Shown in pieces: positions 29,288 to 39,212 of a DNA stretch of 64,000 nt. The translations under genes and the position numbers were made by a program. The stretch comes from an uncultured Pseudomonadota bacterium (GTDB lineage: Bacteria > Oederibacteriota > Muellerivitia > Muellerivitales > Muellerivitaceae), in assembly GCA_963836235.1 (NCBI GenBank), contig CAWIIP010000001.1, forward strand, positions 288,001 to 352,000, given 5' to 3'. The stretch's first letter is position 1. Every line of letters begins with the position of its first letter. The notes beneath the pieces are model-generated. The model was given only the letters and a program-made list of their open reading frames with translations. It did no database searches and was not told where the DNA came from.

Positions 29288-30244
29288 ATGAAACGCAAAT
29301 TAATTTATTTCCTTCTTTTAGTCCTCTGGACGCCCGCCGTGGTAAAAGCAGATGAAGAAACACAACAAAACCCAGTTGTTTCTCCCACAGTTGTTCCGGT
29401 TTTTCCAACCGCCGCCCCCACTCAGGTGACGGCGGCTCCCTCAATGGTTTATGCCGACCATTTGAGTCCGATTGACCATGCCGGGATTTGGACAAAGTTC
29501 GACTTGAGTTACAATTATGCTGGTCAAGCCGATCTTTTAAATAGCGCGGTTCCCATTAACAACCAAACCTATGTCAATCCCGGGGAATTGGGGACTTACA
29601 CGGGTTCAGCTTCATCAAGCCACAATGGCCTGGGTTTGGGTTTTGAGCTGGGTTTTCTCTTGAATACTTCCAGCGGCATCGCCCTTGGGGCCCATTATCT
29701 CCAAACCGACGAATATAACGCGAACGTGAATTATCCTAACGCGGGTCCGGATTCGGAGTCGGTGACCCTGCTTCCGACGGTTATTCCGATCACCCTGGAT
29801 TATTATTTTTTTCTTCCTGATTCCGGAGGGCGGTTTTTCTTGAGTGTAGGGGCGGGTTTTTACGCGGCCAATGTGCGGGTTAGCCAAAAGACCACTAGCG
29901 ACAACTTTTTGGGGTCGAACAATAATGGTCCAGATGTCTGGTCCGGTAATTTGTCTTCCAGCGCGCTAGGATTTCAGGCTGGAGTGGGGCGGGAATTTGC
30001 CATTAGTTCTCAATTTGGAATCACGCTCTTCGCCAGGGGCCGTTACGCCAGGATTTCCAATTTCCAGGGAAAATTACTGGATTCCAACGCGTCCTCTGAA
30101 AATTTTGGTTTGGCCACGGGAACGAATGGCGTGGTTGATATCGATTCAACGGCGAATATCACCAGCGCCAACAACGAGCATTACACGATGATCGATTTCA
30201 CGGGGTTTGAGGCGGGAGTGGCGCTGAACTTTTATCATTTTTAG
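29288..30244 (+). CDS. Outer-membrane beta-barrel protein
   Basis: Signal peptide, IPITLDYYF, VGAGFY, GFQAGVG, DFTGFEAGVALNFYHF terminal strand. Confidence 0.75.
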   Translation: MKRKLIYFLLLVLWTPAVVKADEETQQNPVVSPTVVPVFPTAAPTQVTAAPSMVYADHLSPIDHAGIWTKFDLSYNYAGQADLLNSAVPINNQTYVNPGELGTYTGSASSSHNGLGLGFELGFLLNTSSGIALGAHYLQTDEYNANVNYPNAGPDSESVTLLPTVIPITLDYYFFLPDSGGRFFLSVGAGFYAANVRVSQKTTSDNFLGSNNNGPDVWSGNLSSSALGFQAGVGREFAISSQFGITLFARGRYARISNFQGKLLDSNASSENFGLATGTNGVVDIDSTANITSANNEHYTMIDFTGFEAGVALNFYHF

Positions 30245-30319
30245 CGGGACAATAGAATCCAGCAATTCTGGTTGCCTGTGCTAAAATACGCCTTCATTTT
30301 TAAGCCTAAGGATTAAAGT

Positions 30320-31258
30320 ATGGCCCGGATCGCCGCGATTTTTCCAAATGAAGGTTCCCATTATGTTGGCATGGGCAAGGACTTTTACTCTAAATCCATT
30401 ACAGCCCGGGAGTTTTTTGATAAGGCCGAAAAACTTTTGGAACGAAAGATCGCCAAGATTTGTTTCCTAGGACCCAAGGAAGACCAGGACAAACTATTAA
30501 ACGCCCACATGATCACTTTTATTTGCGACGTGGCTTTTCTGGACCCCCTAGTCAAAAACCGCCGAAAGCCGGAACTGTTGACGGGCATCGGCGTCGGGGA
30601 AGTAGCCGCGCTGGTGGGGGCCGAATGCCTGCCCTATGTGAACGCCCTCCAGTACGTGGTGAAAAGGGCTGCGCTTTTGGAAGCCTTCGCCCAAAAACAC
30701 GGCGGATCGGCTTTGTCCATATCAGGAGTCACCTTGGAACAGTTGCAACCCATCCTGACCCGCGAGGAAGGGGAGTTGATCATTACCCATTACATGGCGC
30801 CCGATACTTTTGTGGTTTGGGGACCGACCGAGGCGGTCAATTCCTTACAAACCGAAGCCCAGGGGAACCGGCAAATCAAAACGAACCCGCAGCTTCCGCG
30901 TGGGCCTTTATTTTCCCCTTTGGCGGCCGAGTTGGAAGGGCCATTCGACAAGCTTTTGACCGAATGCCTGGGGGATGCCAAATTGAAAAACCCTAAAATA
31001 TCCATCCACCGCTGTTCGGACGGCGAATATGTGGGAACCATTGAAATGGTGCGAGACATCCTCACCAAACAATATTCCAAGCCCGTGGACTGGATCGCCA
31101 CCGTCAAAGCCGTCAATTTAAGAGGGTTTCGCACCTGGGTGGAAGTGGGGCCGGGCAAGGTTTACGGGCCGCTCGTGCGCAAAGTGGATACGGATAATCG
31201 GGTTTCTAACGTGGAAGATCTCAAAAGCCTTTCCGCGACTGTGAAAGTGACGGGATAA
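30320..31258 (+). CDS. FabD (malonyl-CoA:ACP transacylase)-like protein lacking the catalytic Ser/His
   Basis: FPNEGSHYVGMG, GIGVGE in place of GHSxGE, PLFSP in place of FHS, PVDW, EVGPGKV. Confidence 0.8.
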   Translation: MARIAAIFPNEGSHYVGMGKDFYSKSITAREFFDKAEKLLERKIAKICFLGPKEDQDKLLNAHMITFICDVAFLDPLVKNRRKPELLTGIGVGEVAALVGAECLPYVNALQYVVKRAALLEAFAQKHGGSALSISGVTLEQLQPILTREEGELIITHYMAPDTFVVWGPTEAVNSLQTEAQGNRQIKTNPQLPRGPLFSPLAAELEGPFDKLLTECLGDAKLKNPKISIHRCSDGEYVGTIEMVRDILTKQYSKPVDWIATVKAVNLRGFRTWVEVGPGKVYGPLVRKVDTDNRVSNVEDLKSLSATVKVTG

Positions 31259-31302
31259 TCCATTTTCACCGCGAAAACGAGAAATCCATAGAGAACTTAA
31301 AA

Positions 31303-31980
31303 ATGTTTTTTTATTTTAAAAAAAATCTGGGTTTAATTTCCCGCCTCGGGCTATTGACGGTTCAAATCGTTTCTGTTTTTCCGGTTTTGGCCGACGAGGA
31401 CGCCCTTTCGCCTCCCACGCCCAATACCGCACTTCATATCGCCATACCCAAGTCATCCGTGGCGAAAACGATTCCGCCCAAGGCCGGGAAAAAATTAAAG
31501 AAGAAACCCAAGGCAAAACCCACCCCGATACCAACCGCTACAGTGACGTCGACGCCATCCTTTACGGATATTCCAACAACTACCTTTACTCCGACCGTGA
31601 CGGCAACTCCCGATAAAAACGCAAAAAAAACTCCCACGCCCACAGCCACTCCCAAACCCATTGATCATGGGAAGGTTAAGGACTCCTTACCGAAGGTCAC
31701 GACTATTCCTAATCCCGTTTGGGGTGATAAGGTTATTTTTCGGGTCATGACTTTGGGTGCCGCCAAAGCCAACATCATTATTTATGACCGGTTCTTCACC
31801 AAAGTGGACCAGTTAGCGGGTGAGGGGGATCAATTATTTGATATTCTTTGGAGCTTAAAGAAGATTCCGGAAGGGATTTACTATTACCAGGCTCAAATTA
31901 TCGATACCCAAGCGAACAGCGCTCAAACCATGCCCATGCAAAATTTTGCCGTGATGAAAGATGAACAGCCCCAACCTTAG
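31303..31980 (+). CDS. Secreted protein with Lys/Pro/Thr linker and C-terminal sorting-like Ig domain
   Basis: Signal peptide, TPT repeats, IPNPV...IIIYD...W...PEGIYYY C-terminal domain. Confidence 0.65.
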   Translation: MFFYFKKNLGLISRLGLLTVQIVSVFPVLADEDALSPPTPNTALHIAIPKSSVAKTIPPKAGKKLKKKPKAKPTPIPTATVTSTPSFTDIPTTTFTPTVTATPDKNAKKTPTPTATPKPIDHGKVKDSLPKVTTIPNPVWGDKVIFRVMTLGAAKANIIIYDRFFTKVDQLAGEGDQLFDILWSLKKIPEGIYYYQAQIIDTQANSAQTMPMQNFAVMKDEQPQP

Positions 31981-32072
31981 CCTTCTCCTGTCCAATAACC
32001 CTGGGAAATAGATGTTTCTTGCCTTGGTTTTAAAGTAAAATCCCACTGAAACACAATCCGATCGGAGTTTTC

Positions 32073-33491
32073 ATGAAGTCCCAGTTGCCCGAAGTGCTTA
32101 TTGTTGGCCGTCCTAATGTTGGAAAATCCACCCTTTTTAACCGTTTAGCGGGCAAATCCCTGGCCCTGGTCGACAATCAACCCGGTTCCACCCGGGATTT
32201 GAAAAGTTTCGATATTGAATGGAACGGGGTTCACTTTATCGTTACCGATTCCGGGGGATGGGTTCCAGGTGAGAAGGAATCCATTGCCATGAAGGTCGGT
32301 GCCATGCTGGAAGGCAAAATGAATGCCGTTTCGGCTTTGGTGCTGGTGGTGGATGGATTGGACGGCATTACTCCGGACGATATTGTTATCTCCCGAAATA
32401 TTCGGAAATACGGGATTCCTACCTGGTTGGTGGTTAATAAGGCGGATCAGTATGAAAAACAGTCGGAAGCGGCGGCTGATTTCGTTAAGCTTGGTTTTGA
32501 CCAATGTTTTCCGTTATCGGCAATGCATGGCATCGGATTGGACGACTTCCTGGATTCCTTGACGGCCGCCCTTGAAAAAATACCAGCCAAAAAAACCGGC
32601 CCGGAAGCTGAAAAACCCCGGGCTCTTAGAATCGCTATTTTGGGTAAACCCAATGTGGGAAAGTCTTCTTTGGTGAATGCTATATCGGGTAAAAAGGGCC
32701 TTTTGGTCGACGATTTGCCGGGAACCACCCACGATGCCATCCCGGTCATCATTGAAACCGAGGAAGAGCCCTTGGTGATGGTGGATACGGCAGGCATCCG
32801 GCAACCCAAACAACAGGACAGCCGTATTGAACATCTCAGTGTTGAACAAGCCCTTTACGAGCTTCAAACCTGCCAAGTGGCCTTCATGCTCTTGGATGGA
32901 GAAAAAGGCATCACCCACCAGGATGTGGCTATCAGCCGGATTATCGGCGAGGCTTTCAGGCCGGTGGTGATTCTTATCAACAAGTGGGATATCCATCCCC
33001 CGGCGGCCGAGCAAGCCCGGGCTGAGCGGATTACCAAGAGGGAACTACGACAGATTCAATTCGCTCCCGTCCTCTTTATTTCGGCCAAAACCGGCCAAAA
33101 CCTAGAGAAAGTCCTTTCGATGGCTTATTCGGTCTACGAGGAAAGTCTTAAAAAGATTCCGACGCGAAAGGTGAACCTGGCTCTTCAAGAAGCGATTTCA
33201 CGGCAAGCTCCTCCTTTTCGTAAGGGAAGCCAAATTAAAGTACTCTATGGTTACCAAAGAGTGGGTCACCCACCGGCTTTTGAGGTTATGGTCAACCAAG
33301 CGGCCAGCGCTTCGCCAGCCTATATGCGTTATCTGGAAGCGGAACTTCGCAAGGCATTCGAGATGGAGTCCACTCCGATGCAAGTTGTTCTAAAAGAAAA
33401 GGCTGATACACATGAGCATAAGAAGAAAACTTTTAAGCGAAACTTTAATCCGACCAAACATCGTTACAAAGCCCCCAGTAAAGACGCGTAA
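32073..33491 (+). CDS. der: Ribosome biogenesis GTPase Der (EngA)
   Basis: Tandem G domains GRPNVGKST and GKPNVGKSS, DTAGIR, NKWD, KH-like C-terminus. Confidence 0.95.
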   Translation: MKSQLPEVLIVGRPNVGKSTLFNRLAGKSLALVDNQPGSTRDLKSFDIEWNGVHFIVTDSGGWVPGEKESIAMKVGAMLEGKMNAVSALVLVVDGLDGITPDDIVISRNIRKYGIPTWLVVNKADQYEKQSEAAADFVKLGFDQCFPLSAMHGIGLDDFLDSLTAALEKIPAKKTGPEAEKPRALRIAILGKPNVGKSSLVNAISGKKGLLVDDLPGTTHDAIPVIIETEEEPLVMVDTAGIRQPKQQDSRIEHLSVEQALYELQTCQVAFMLLDGEKGITHQDVAISRIIGEAFRPVVILINKWDIHPPAAEQARAERITKRELRQIQFAPVLFISAKTGQNLEKVLSMAYSVYEESLKKIPTRKVNLALQEAISRQAPPFRKGSQIKVLYGYQRVGHPPAFEVMVNQAASASPAYMRYLEAELRKAFEMESTPMQVVLKEKADTHEHKKKTFKRNFNPTKHRYKAPSKDA

Positions 33492-33502
33492 CCGGGAGAA
33501 AC

Positions 33503-34117
33503 ATGCTTAACCCGTTTATTTCGATTGCGATAGCTTATTTTTTGGGATCCATCCCTTTCGGGTTTTTACTGGTGAAATGGGTAAAGGGTGTCGATGTTCG
33601 TGCTCAAGGGAGCGGTAATATCGGCATGACCAACGTATGGCGGGTCGCCGGAGCCGGGTGGGGAATAGCCACTTTGGTCTTAGATATAGGAAAGGCCACT
33701 TTGGCTGTCTGGCTTTCTCGGGTGTTAAACCCCGGTAACGACCCGGTGGTAGTTTTAGGTGGTTTGGGAGTTCTCTTGGGCAATGTCTTTTCGATTTTCC
33801 TCAACTTCAAAGGGGGCAAAGGCATTGGAGTGAGTGTGGGGGTCTTTTTTAGCCTTTTACCTTTGGAAAGCGCGGTCGGAACTGGATTGTTTTTAATCGC
33901 GCTTCTTTTGACTCGGATGATTTCGGTTGGAAGTCTCTTGGGGGTTACGGTGATGGCGGCACTGAGCCTTTATCATGAAAAGGGGATCACTTGGTATTCG
34001 GGACTGGCCTTAGCCGCAACTGGGATGATCTGGTGGACGCACCGGGAAAACATCAAAAGAATCTTGAAGGGCACAGAACGTAAAATTGAAAAAAATAAAC
34101 CGGTGGAAAAAACATGA
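33503..34117 (+). CDS. plsY: Glycerol-3-phosphate acyltransferase PlsY
   Basis: GSIPFG, GSGNIGMTN, FKGGKG, HRENIKR motifs. Confidence 0.95.
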   Translation: MLNPFISIAIAYFLGSIPFGFLLVKWVKGVDVRAQGSGNIGMTNVWRVAGAGWGIATLVLDIGKATLAVWLSRVLNPGNDPVVVLGGLGVLLGNVFSIFLNFKGGKGIGVSVGVFFSLLPLESAVGTGLFLIALLLTRMISVGSLLGVTVMAALSLYHEKGITWYSGLALAATGMIWWTHRENIKRILKGTERKIEKNKPVEKT

Positions 34118-35118
34118 AATTATGTGTTTTAGGGGCTGGAAGCTGGGGAATCGCTTTAAGCCTACATTTGAAACGTGCGGGCCATGAAGTGGTTCTGTGG
34201 GATCATGACTCGACTAAGGCTGAGCGATTGGCCCAGGAAAGAGAGAATAAAAAGCTCCTGCCGGGTGTTCTGCTTCCGCAGGAGGTTGTGATCACTGCTG
34301 TGATGGGTAAGGCCTTGGCTGGAAGGGAAGGGGTGGTTATCGCGGTTCCTTCCCATGCGGTCCGGGATGCGGCGGTTAAGGCATTGGAGTTTTGGCCGGT
34401 AGGCGCATGGGTGGTTTGTGCCAGCAAAGGGTTGGAGGAAGATTCACATTTACGTCTCAGCGAAGTATTGAAGCGAAACTTAAATAATGATGTGCCAATC
34501 GCTGTTTTATCAGGACCAAGTCACGCTGAAGAAGTCTCGCGTAAAATGCCGACAACTGTCGTTGCGGCCTCGGCGCATACCGACTTTTCGGAAAAAATTC
34601 AGGAGTGTTTTCATTCCGATTATTTTCGGGTTTATACTTCCAACGACGTGATCGGGGTGGAATTGGGTGGGGCGCTCAAAAATATCATCGCAATTGCCGC
34701 GGGCATTACGGACGGTTTGGGGCTGGGCGACAATTCCAAAGCGGCCATCATGACCCGCGGTCTTCATGAAATCACCCGCCTTGGTGTAGCTTTAGGGGCT
34801 CAGGCGCAAACTTTCGCCGGTTTAGCCGGAATGGGGGACTTGATCGTCACCTGTACTAGCCGCCATAGCCGCAACCGGCTCTTGGGCGAAAAAATGGGAA
34901 AGGGAGTCGCCTTGGACCAGGCCTTAAAAGAGATGGTCATGGTGGCCGAGGGGATGAAAACTTCCCACGCAGCCCTGGAATTGGCGCGTCAATTTAAAGT
35001 GGAAGTGCCCATTATCCAGGAAGTATACGAAGTTCTTTTTAAAGGGAAATCCGCGAAGGAAGCGGCCAAATCCCTCTTATCCCGTTCGGCTAAACCCGAG
35101 CAGGAATCATTAATTTGA
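34114..35118 (+). CDS. gpsA: NAD(P)H-dependent glycerol-3-phosphate dehydrogenase
   Basis: GAGSWG, SKGLE, LSGPSHAEE, GALKN, GDLIVTCTSRHSRN motifs. Confidence 0.96.
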   Translation: MKLCVLGAGSWGIALSLHLKRAGHEVVLWDHDSTKAERLAQERENKKLLPGVLLPQEVVITAVMGKALAGREGVVIAVPSHAVRDAAVKALEFWPVGAWVVCASKGLEEDSHLRLSEVLKRNLNNDVPIAVLSGPSHAEEVSRKMPTTVVAASAHTDFSEKIQECFHSDYFRVYTSNDVIGVELGGALKNIIAIAAGITDGLGLGDNSKAAIMTRGLHEITRLGVALGAQAQTFAGLAGMGDLIVTCTSRHSRNRLLGEKMGKGVALDQALKEMVMVAEGMKTSHAALELARQFKVEVPIIQEVYEVLFKGKSAKEAAKSLLSRSAKPEQESLI

Positions 35119-35134
35119 CCTTTGGGGCTTATCT

Positions 35135-35407
35135 TTGACCCGTAAAGATTTAATAAAAAGTCTTACCCGCTTAGGACTCACGGAACGCCAATCTAACTTG
35201 GCGGTTGATAGTTTTTTTAACGCGATTGTGACCGCCTTGCTGGAGGAGAAAAAAGTTTCTATAGTAGGTTTGGGGACCTGGGAATGGAGACAAAGGCGGG
35301 CCCGATTAGCCCGTAATCCAAAAACGGGGAAAAGGGTCCCCTTGCCAGCACGAAAGGTGCTGTTTTTTAAGCCGGGGCCACTGTTTAAAAAAAGGTTGAA
35401 AGACTAA
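35135..35407 (+). CDS. HU/IHF-family DNA-binding protein (IHF-alpha-like position)
   Basis: GLGTW...ARNPKTG...FKPG. Lies before merR and tRNA-Pro, the usual ihfA context. Confidence 0.88.
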   Translation: MTRKDLIKSLTRLGLTERQSNLAVDSFFNAIVTALLEEKKVSIVGLGTWEWRQRRARLARNPKTGKRVPLPARKVLFFKPGPLFKKRLKD

Positions 35408-35443
35408 TTGTCGTTAAATTCTTCGATTGTTTTGGGGGACTGG

Positions 35444-35914
35444 ATGACCGAGGAAGAAAAGTTATTTTACACGATTGGTGAAGTCGCTCAAATTGTTGAC
35501 GTAAAGCCTTATGTTTTAAGGTATTGGGAAACGGAGTTTCGGAAACTGAATCCTCAAAAATCCGTAACGGGCCAAAGAGCTTATCGTCAAAGGGACTTAC
35601 GGGTGGCCCTAACCATTAAGCGGCTCTTATATGAAGAACAATACACCATAGCCGGAGCCATTAAAAAGCTTGAGGAATTGGATGAAAAACAAGGTTTAGA
35701 CCCTTTGAAAAACTTAGGTACTTTCGACCCGATCCAACCCGAAACGGCGCACCCGCCTTTGGGGGAAGAACTTTTGCCCGAAGAAAACCCTGTGTCATCT
35801 CAGAAAATCGTATCGTCAATGGAGCCTTCTTCTCCTTCTCCAGAGAAAGTTTTGGAGCTGAAAAAGTTGATTTCCGCTACGAATGAAATTTTTAAAAGAC
35901 ATGATTTGGCCTAA
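35444..35914 (+). CDS. MerR-family transcriptional regulator
   Basis: FYTIGEVA...[13 protein letters not shown]...[12 protein letters not shown]. Confidence 0.9.
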   Translation: MTEEEKLFYTIGEVAQIVDVKPYVLRYWETEFRKLNPQKSVTGQRAYRQRDLRVALTIKRLLYEEQYTIAGAIKKLEELDEKQGLDPLKNLGTFDPIQPETAHPPLGEELLPEENPVSSQKIVSSMEPSSPSPEKVLELKKLISATNEIFKRHDLA

Positions 35915-36003
35915 AAAGCGCTGGTTTAAATCCCTTCTTTTCTTGAACAGGGCCTTCATTTAACTTATATTATCCATCCCTTTGGGGACTGTGGTTTTCT
36001 GGA

Positions 36004-36079
<76 letters not shown>

Positions 36080-36152
36080 GAAAACTATTCTGGCTTGGTC
36101 TTATGATCAACCCAGTTTTTCCCAGGGGAAAACTTTCAAATTGAACGGTCAT

Positions 36153-36229
36153 CGGGGCGTGGCGCAGCTCGGTAGCGCAGTTGCATGGGGTGCAAAAGGT
36201 CGCAGGTTCAAATCCTGCCGCCCCGACCA
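36153..36229 (+). tRNA. tRNA-Pro(GGG)
   Basis: CGGGGCG acceptor stem, anticodon GGG, GGTTCAAATCC, CCA end. Confidence 0.96.
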
Positions 36230-36438
36230 TCTTTTTTGAAAGCGTAAACAGGTTCTTGGGATGTAAGTTTATTTGCGAAAGCCCATCTTTTTTCCACGCC
36301 ATTTTTCTTTCAATCATTTATAAAACTGCGGTTCTTATGTGTGCCCGTCTTTACCACAATTTTTCGAAAAGTCAAAAAAAAGCCCAAAATATTCAAAAAT
36401 CTGACAATTCTTCTTTGATTTTGAGGATTTGATGAAAC

Positions 36439-36714
36439 ATGTTTAACGCTTTTACTGGAACTATCAAAGGTCGCGTGCAGGGAGTGGGATTCCGCTATTT
36501 CGCTAAAAACGCAGCTGATGAGCTGGATTTAACAGGTTGGGTGCGTAATTTAGGTGACGGAAACGTTGAAATTCTTGCAAAAGGACCAATCCAAGTATTG
36601 GAACAGTTTATGCAGAAGTTAATGATAGGTCCGCTTGGTAGTCGAGTTGAAAGTACCCATTTCTACTGGCTTCAAGAACCTGAAGAATTCATGAGGTTTG
36701 AAATTCGAGGATAA
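36439..36714 (+). CDS. acyP: Acylphosphatase
   Basis: GRVQGVGFR and GWVRNLGDGNVE motifs. Confidence 0.95.
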   Translation: MFNAFTGTIKGRVQGVGFRYFAKNAADELDLTGWVRNLGDGNVEILAKGPIQVLEQFMQKLMIGPLGSRVESTHFYWLQEPEEFMRFEIRG

Positions 36715-36723
36715 ACGGGTCCC

Positions 36724-37695
36724 TTGATGAAAACCAAAAATCGATTAAAACTTAAAACCAAATCCACCCGCCATATCATCGCGCCCTTAATCCCGATTGC
36801 CGAGAAAAAAAAGAAACTTTTTGTTAGTGAACTTCAACCCCACCAAAGAGTCACTACGGATAGCCTGAAGCTTTATTTTCGGGAAATCTCAAGAGTCAAA
36901 TTGTTAACGGGTCCTGAAGAAGTGGTCTTAGCTAAACGGATTGAAAAAGGGGATATGAAAGCCAAACAAATGCTGATTTCCGCTAATCTTCGCTTGGTCA
37001 TCCAAGTCGCGAAAAAATACATGAACCAAGGACTCGCTTTCCAAGACCTCATTGAAGAAGGGAATCTGGGGCTAATTAAAGCCAGCGAAAAATTTTCCTG
37101 GCGAAGGGGATTTAAGTTCAGCACTTACGCGACTTGGTGGATCCGCCAGTCGGTTACGAGGGCGCTATCCAACCAATCGAGGACTGTCCGGGTTCCAGTA
37201 CATGTTTCCGAAGACATCAATCGGGTTCAAAGGATTTCCCGGGATTTGACCCGCAAACTGGGCCGTGACCCTAATATGATGGAAATTTCGAAAGCCACCA
37301 AATTAAAATTCGATAAGATTCACAAACTTCAACGTTTGGCCCAACGTGACATCTCCCTTGAAGTGCCGGTCGGGGATGAATCCAATTCCAAGTCCATTGG
37401 GGACTTCATCGAAGACAAGTCTGTCGCTAGCCCGGCCCAAAATGTCTTCGACCAATTACGGACAGAGAAATTGAAACGCCTTATCTTCAACCTGAACGAC
37501 AAGGAACAAAAAGTCATTTTGATGCGCTTTGGATTTGACCAGGATCAGCCTAAAACCCTGGAACAGGCCGGTCATGTTTTGGGTGTAACCCGTGAAAGAA
37601 TCCGCCAAATTGAGGAAAAAGCCCTTCAAAAAATCAGATCCCTGATGAAATCCAACGGCACAGAATATCGTGAACTTTTAAACGAATTTGTGTAA
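36724..37695 (+). CDS. Group 2-like sigma-70 factor (RpoS-like, no region 1.1)
   Basis: ANLRLV, DLIEEGNLGL, FSTYATWWIRQ, VTRERIRQIE. Context acyP/apt/tRNA-Arg. Confidence 0.9.
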   Translation: MMKTKNRLKLKTKSTRHIIAPLIPIAEKKKKLFVSELQPHQRVTTDSLKLYFREISRVKLLTGPEEVVLAKRIEKGDMKAKQMLISANLRLVIQVAKKYMNQGLAFQDLIEEGNLGLIKASEKFSWRRGFKFSTYATWWIRQSVTRALSNQSRTVRVPVHVSEDINRVQRISRDLTRKLGRDPNMMEISKATKLKFDKIHKLQRLAQRDISLEVPVGDESNSKSIGDFIEDKSVASPAQNVFDQLRTEKLKRLIFNLNDKEQKVILMRFGFDQDQPKTLEQAGHVLGVTRERIRQIEEKALQKIRSLMKSNGTEYRELLNEFV

Positions 37696-37771
37696 ACTTC
37701 CTTTCGGCTTTCCCTTTTTCCTTAACTACAAGCATTTCGTATAAAATAAATTCCTTCTCAAAGGATTTCTT

Positions 37772-38284
37772 ATGGATTTTAAATCATTGATCCGTGATGT
37801 TCCGGATTTTCCAAAAAAAGGCATTACTTTCAAGGATATTACCCCCTTGCTGAAGCATCCAAAAGCCTTTCAAGAAGTGATTCAACAGTTGGCTTCCCGA
37901 TATCAAAATCAAAATATTAACGGAATCGTGGCGATGGAATCCCGTGGATTCATTCTGGGCGGGGCCTTAGCGACTCAGATGGGAGTCTCCTTTATCCCAG
38001 TGCGAAAGCCCGGGAAACTTCCTTGGAAGACCTTGCAGGAGACTTATGAACTGGAATATGGGAAGGATACCCTTGAAATTCACGAAGATTCCATTTCCAA
38101 GGGCGACAGAATTTTAATTTTAGACGATGTCTTGGCGACAGGAGGGACGGCCGCCGCGACAATCCGGCTTGTGGAGAGGGCGGGTGGACAGGTGATGGAA
38201 GCTTGTTTTCTTATCCATTTGTCCTTCTTGAACGGACATGAAAAATTGAAAAGCACCCCTATCTACTCTATAATCCACTACTGA
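37772..38284 (+). CDS. apt: Adenine phosphoribosyltransferase
   Basis: [33 protein letters not shown]. Confidence 0.97.
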   Translation: MDFKSLIRDVPDFPKKGITFKDITPLLKHPKAFQEVIQQLASRYQNQNINGIVAMESRGFILGGALATQMGVSFIPVRKPGKLPWKTLQETYELEYGKDTLEIHEDSISKGDRILILDDVLATGGTAAATIRLVERAGGQVMEACFLIHLSFLNGHEKLKSTPIYSIIHY

Positions 38285-38325
38285 TTTTGCCGGGTTTCCC
38301 GACCCTAGAGGGTTCAAAGGAACAG

Positions 38326-38402
38326 GCCCTCGTAGCTCAGTTGGATAGAGCGACTCTTTCCTAAAGAGTAGGTCACGCGTTCGATTCGCGTCGAGGGTAC
38401 CA
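38326..38402 (+). tRNA. tRNA-Arg(CCT)
   Basis: GCCCTCG stem, AGCTCAGTTGGATAGAGC D arm, anticodon loop TTCCTAA, GTTCGATTC, CCA end. Confidence 0.96.
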
Positions 38403-38410
38403 ACGATGGG

Positions 38411-38441
38411 GCCTTCCCGCGAGGGAAGGCTTCACTTTTTT
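38411..38441 (+). terminator. Rho-independent terminator after tRNA-Arg
   Basis: GCCTTCCC-GCGA-GGGAAGGC followed by TTCACTTTTTT. Confidence 0.75.
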
Positions 38442-38513
38442 GGGAAAGATTAATGGGAAAGACAGCACGAATCGGAATAAACGGGTTTAATTAACCTTCA
38501 AAGGACGACATTT

Positions 38514-39212
38514 ATGGCGACTTTTTCAGGAAATTTTCATCCCCACGCGGGAGAAAAGTCGGTTGCTGAAAAGGGCTTGGCTTGGGCCAAAGCCCATCAA
38601 GAAATTGTCGCGGTTTCAGTAATTGTCCTTTTATTGTTGGGAATCGGGATTCCGTACTTCCTTCATAGCCAGGATCAAAACGAAAAAGATGCCCAGGGCG
38701 TTTTAAGTCTTGGACAATATTATCTTCATGCCCAAGTTGACCCCCAAAAAGGGCCTTTTAAAAGTGTTGTTGAAAGAAATCAAAACGCCCTACAAACTTT
38801 TCAAAGAATTTTAACCGATTATTCGGGGACAAAGACCACCAGAATAGCCCGCTATTATGTAGCGAAATGCCAATATGACTTGGGGCAACTTCAACAAGCT
38901 TACGGTAGTTTTGACGCCGCAAGCCAGCAGTTGAAGGACAACCCATTGGGGGATGAGGCTTATTTTGGAAAGATTCTTTGTTTGGAAGCGCAAAACCAAT
39001 TGCCCCAGGCGGCCATTCTGGCCGAGAGTTTTTTAAAAGACCATCCGGATAGTTTTATTGTGGCGCAGCTCAGGTTGAATCTTTCGGATATTTACCTCAA
39101 AAGCAACGACAAAAACAAAGCCCTGGATCAATTGAAACTGGTGTCGAAGGGATTTTCGGATTCTGATTGGGGTAAAGAAGCCGATCGACGACTGAAAGAT
39201 ATCCAGTCCTAA
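38514..39212 (+). CDS. Membrane-anchored TPR protein (YfgM-like)
   Basis: One N-terminal TM followed by TPR helices. Confidence 0.75.
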   Translation: MATFSGNFHPHAGEKSVAEKGLAWAKAHQEIVAVSVIVLLLLGIGIPYFLHSQDQNEKDAQGVLSLGQYYLHAQVDPQKGPFKSVVERNQNALQTFQRILTDYSGTKTTRIARYYVAKCQYDLGQLQQAYGSFDAASQQLKDNPLGDEAYFGKILCLEAQNQLPQAAILAESFLKDHPDSFIVAQLRLNLSDIYLKSNDKNKALDQLKLVSKGFSDSDWGKEADRRLKDIQS

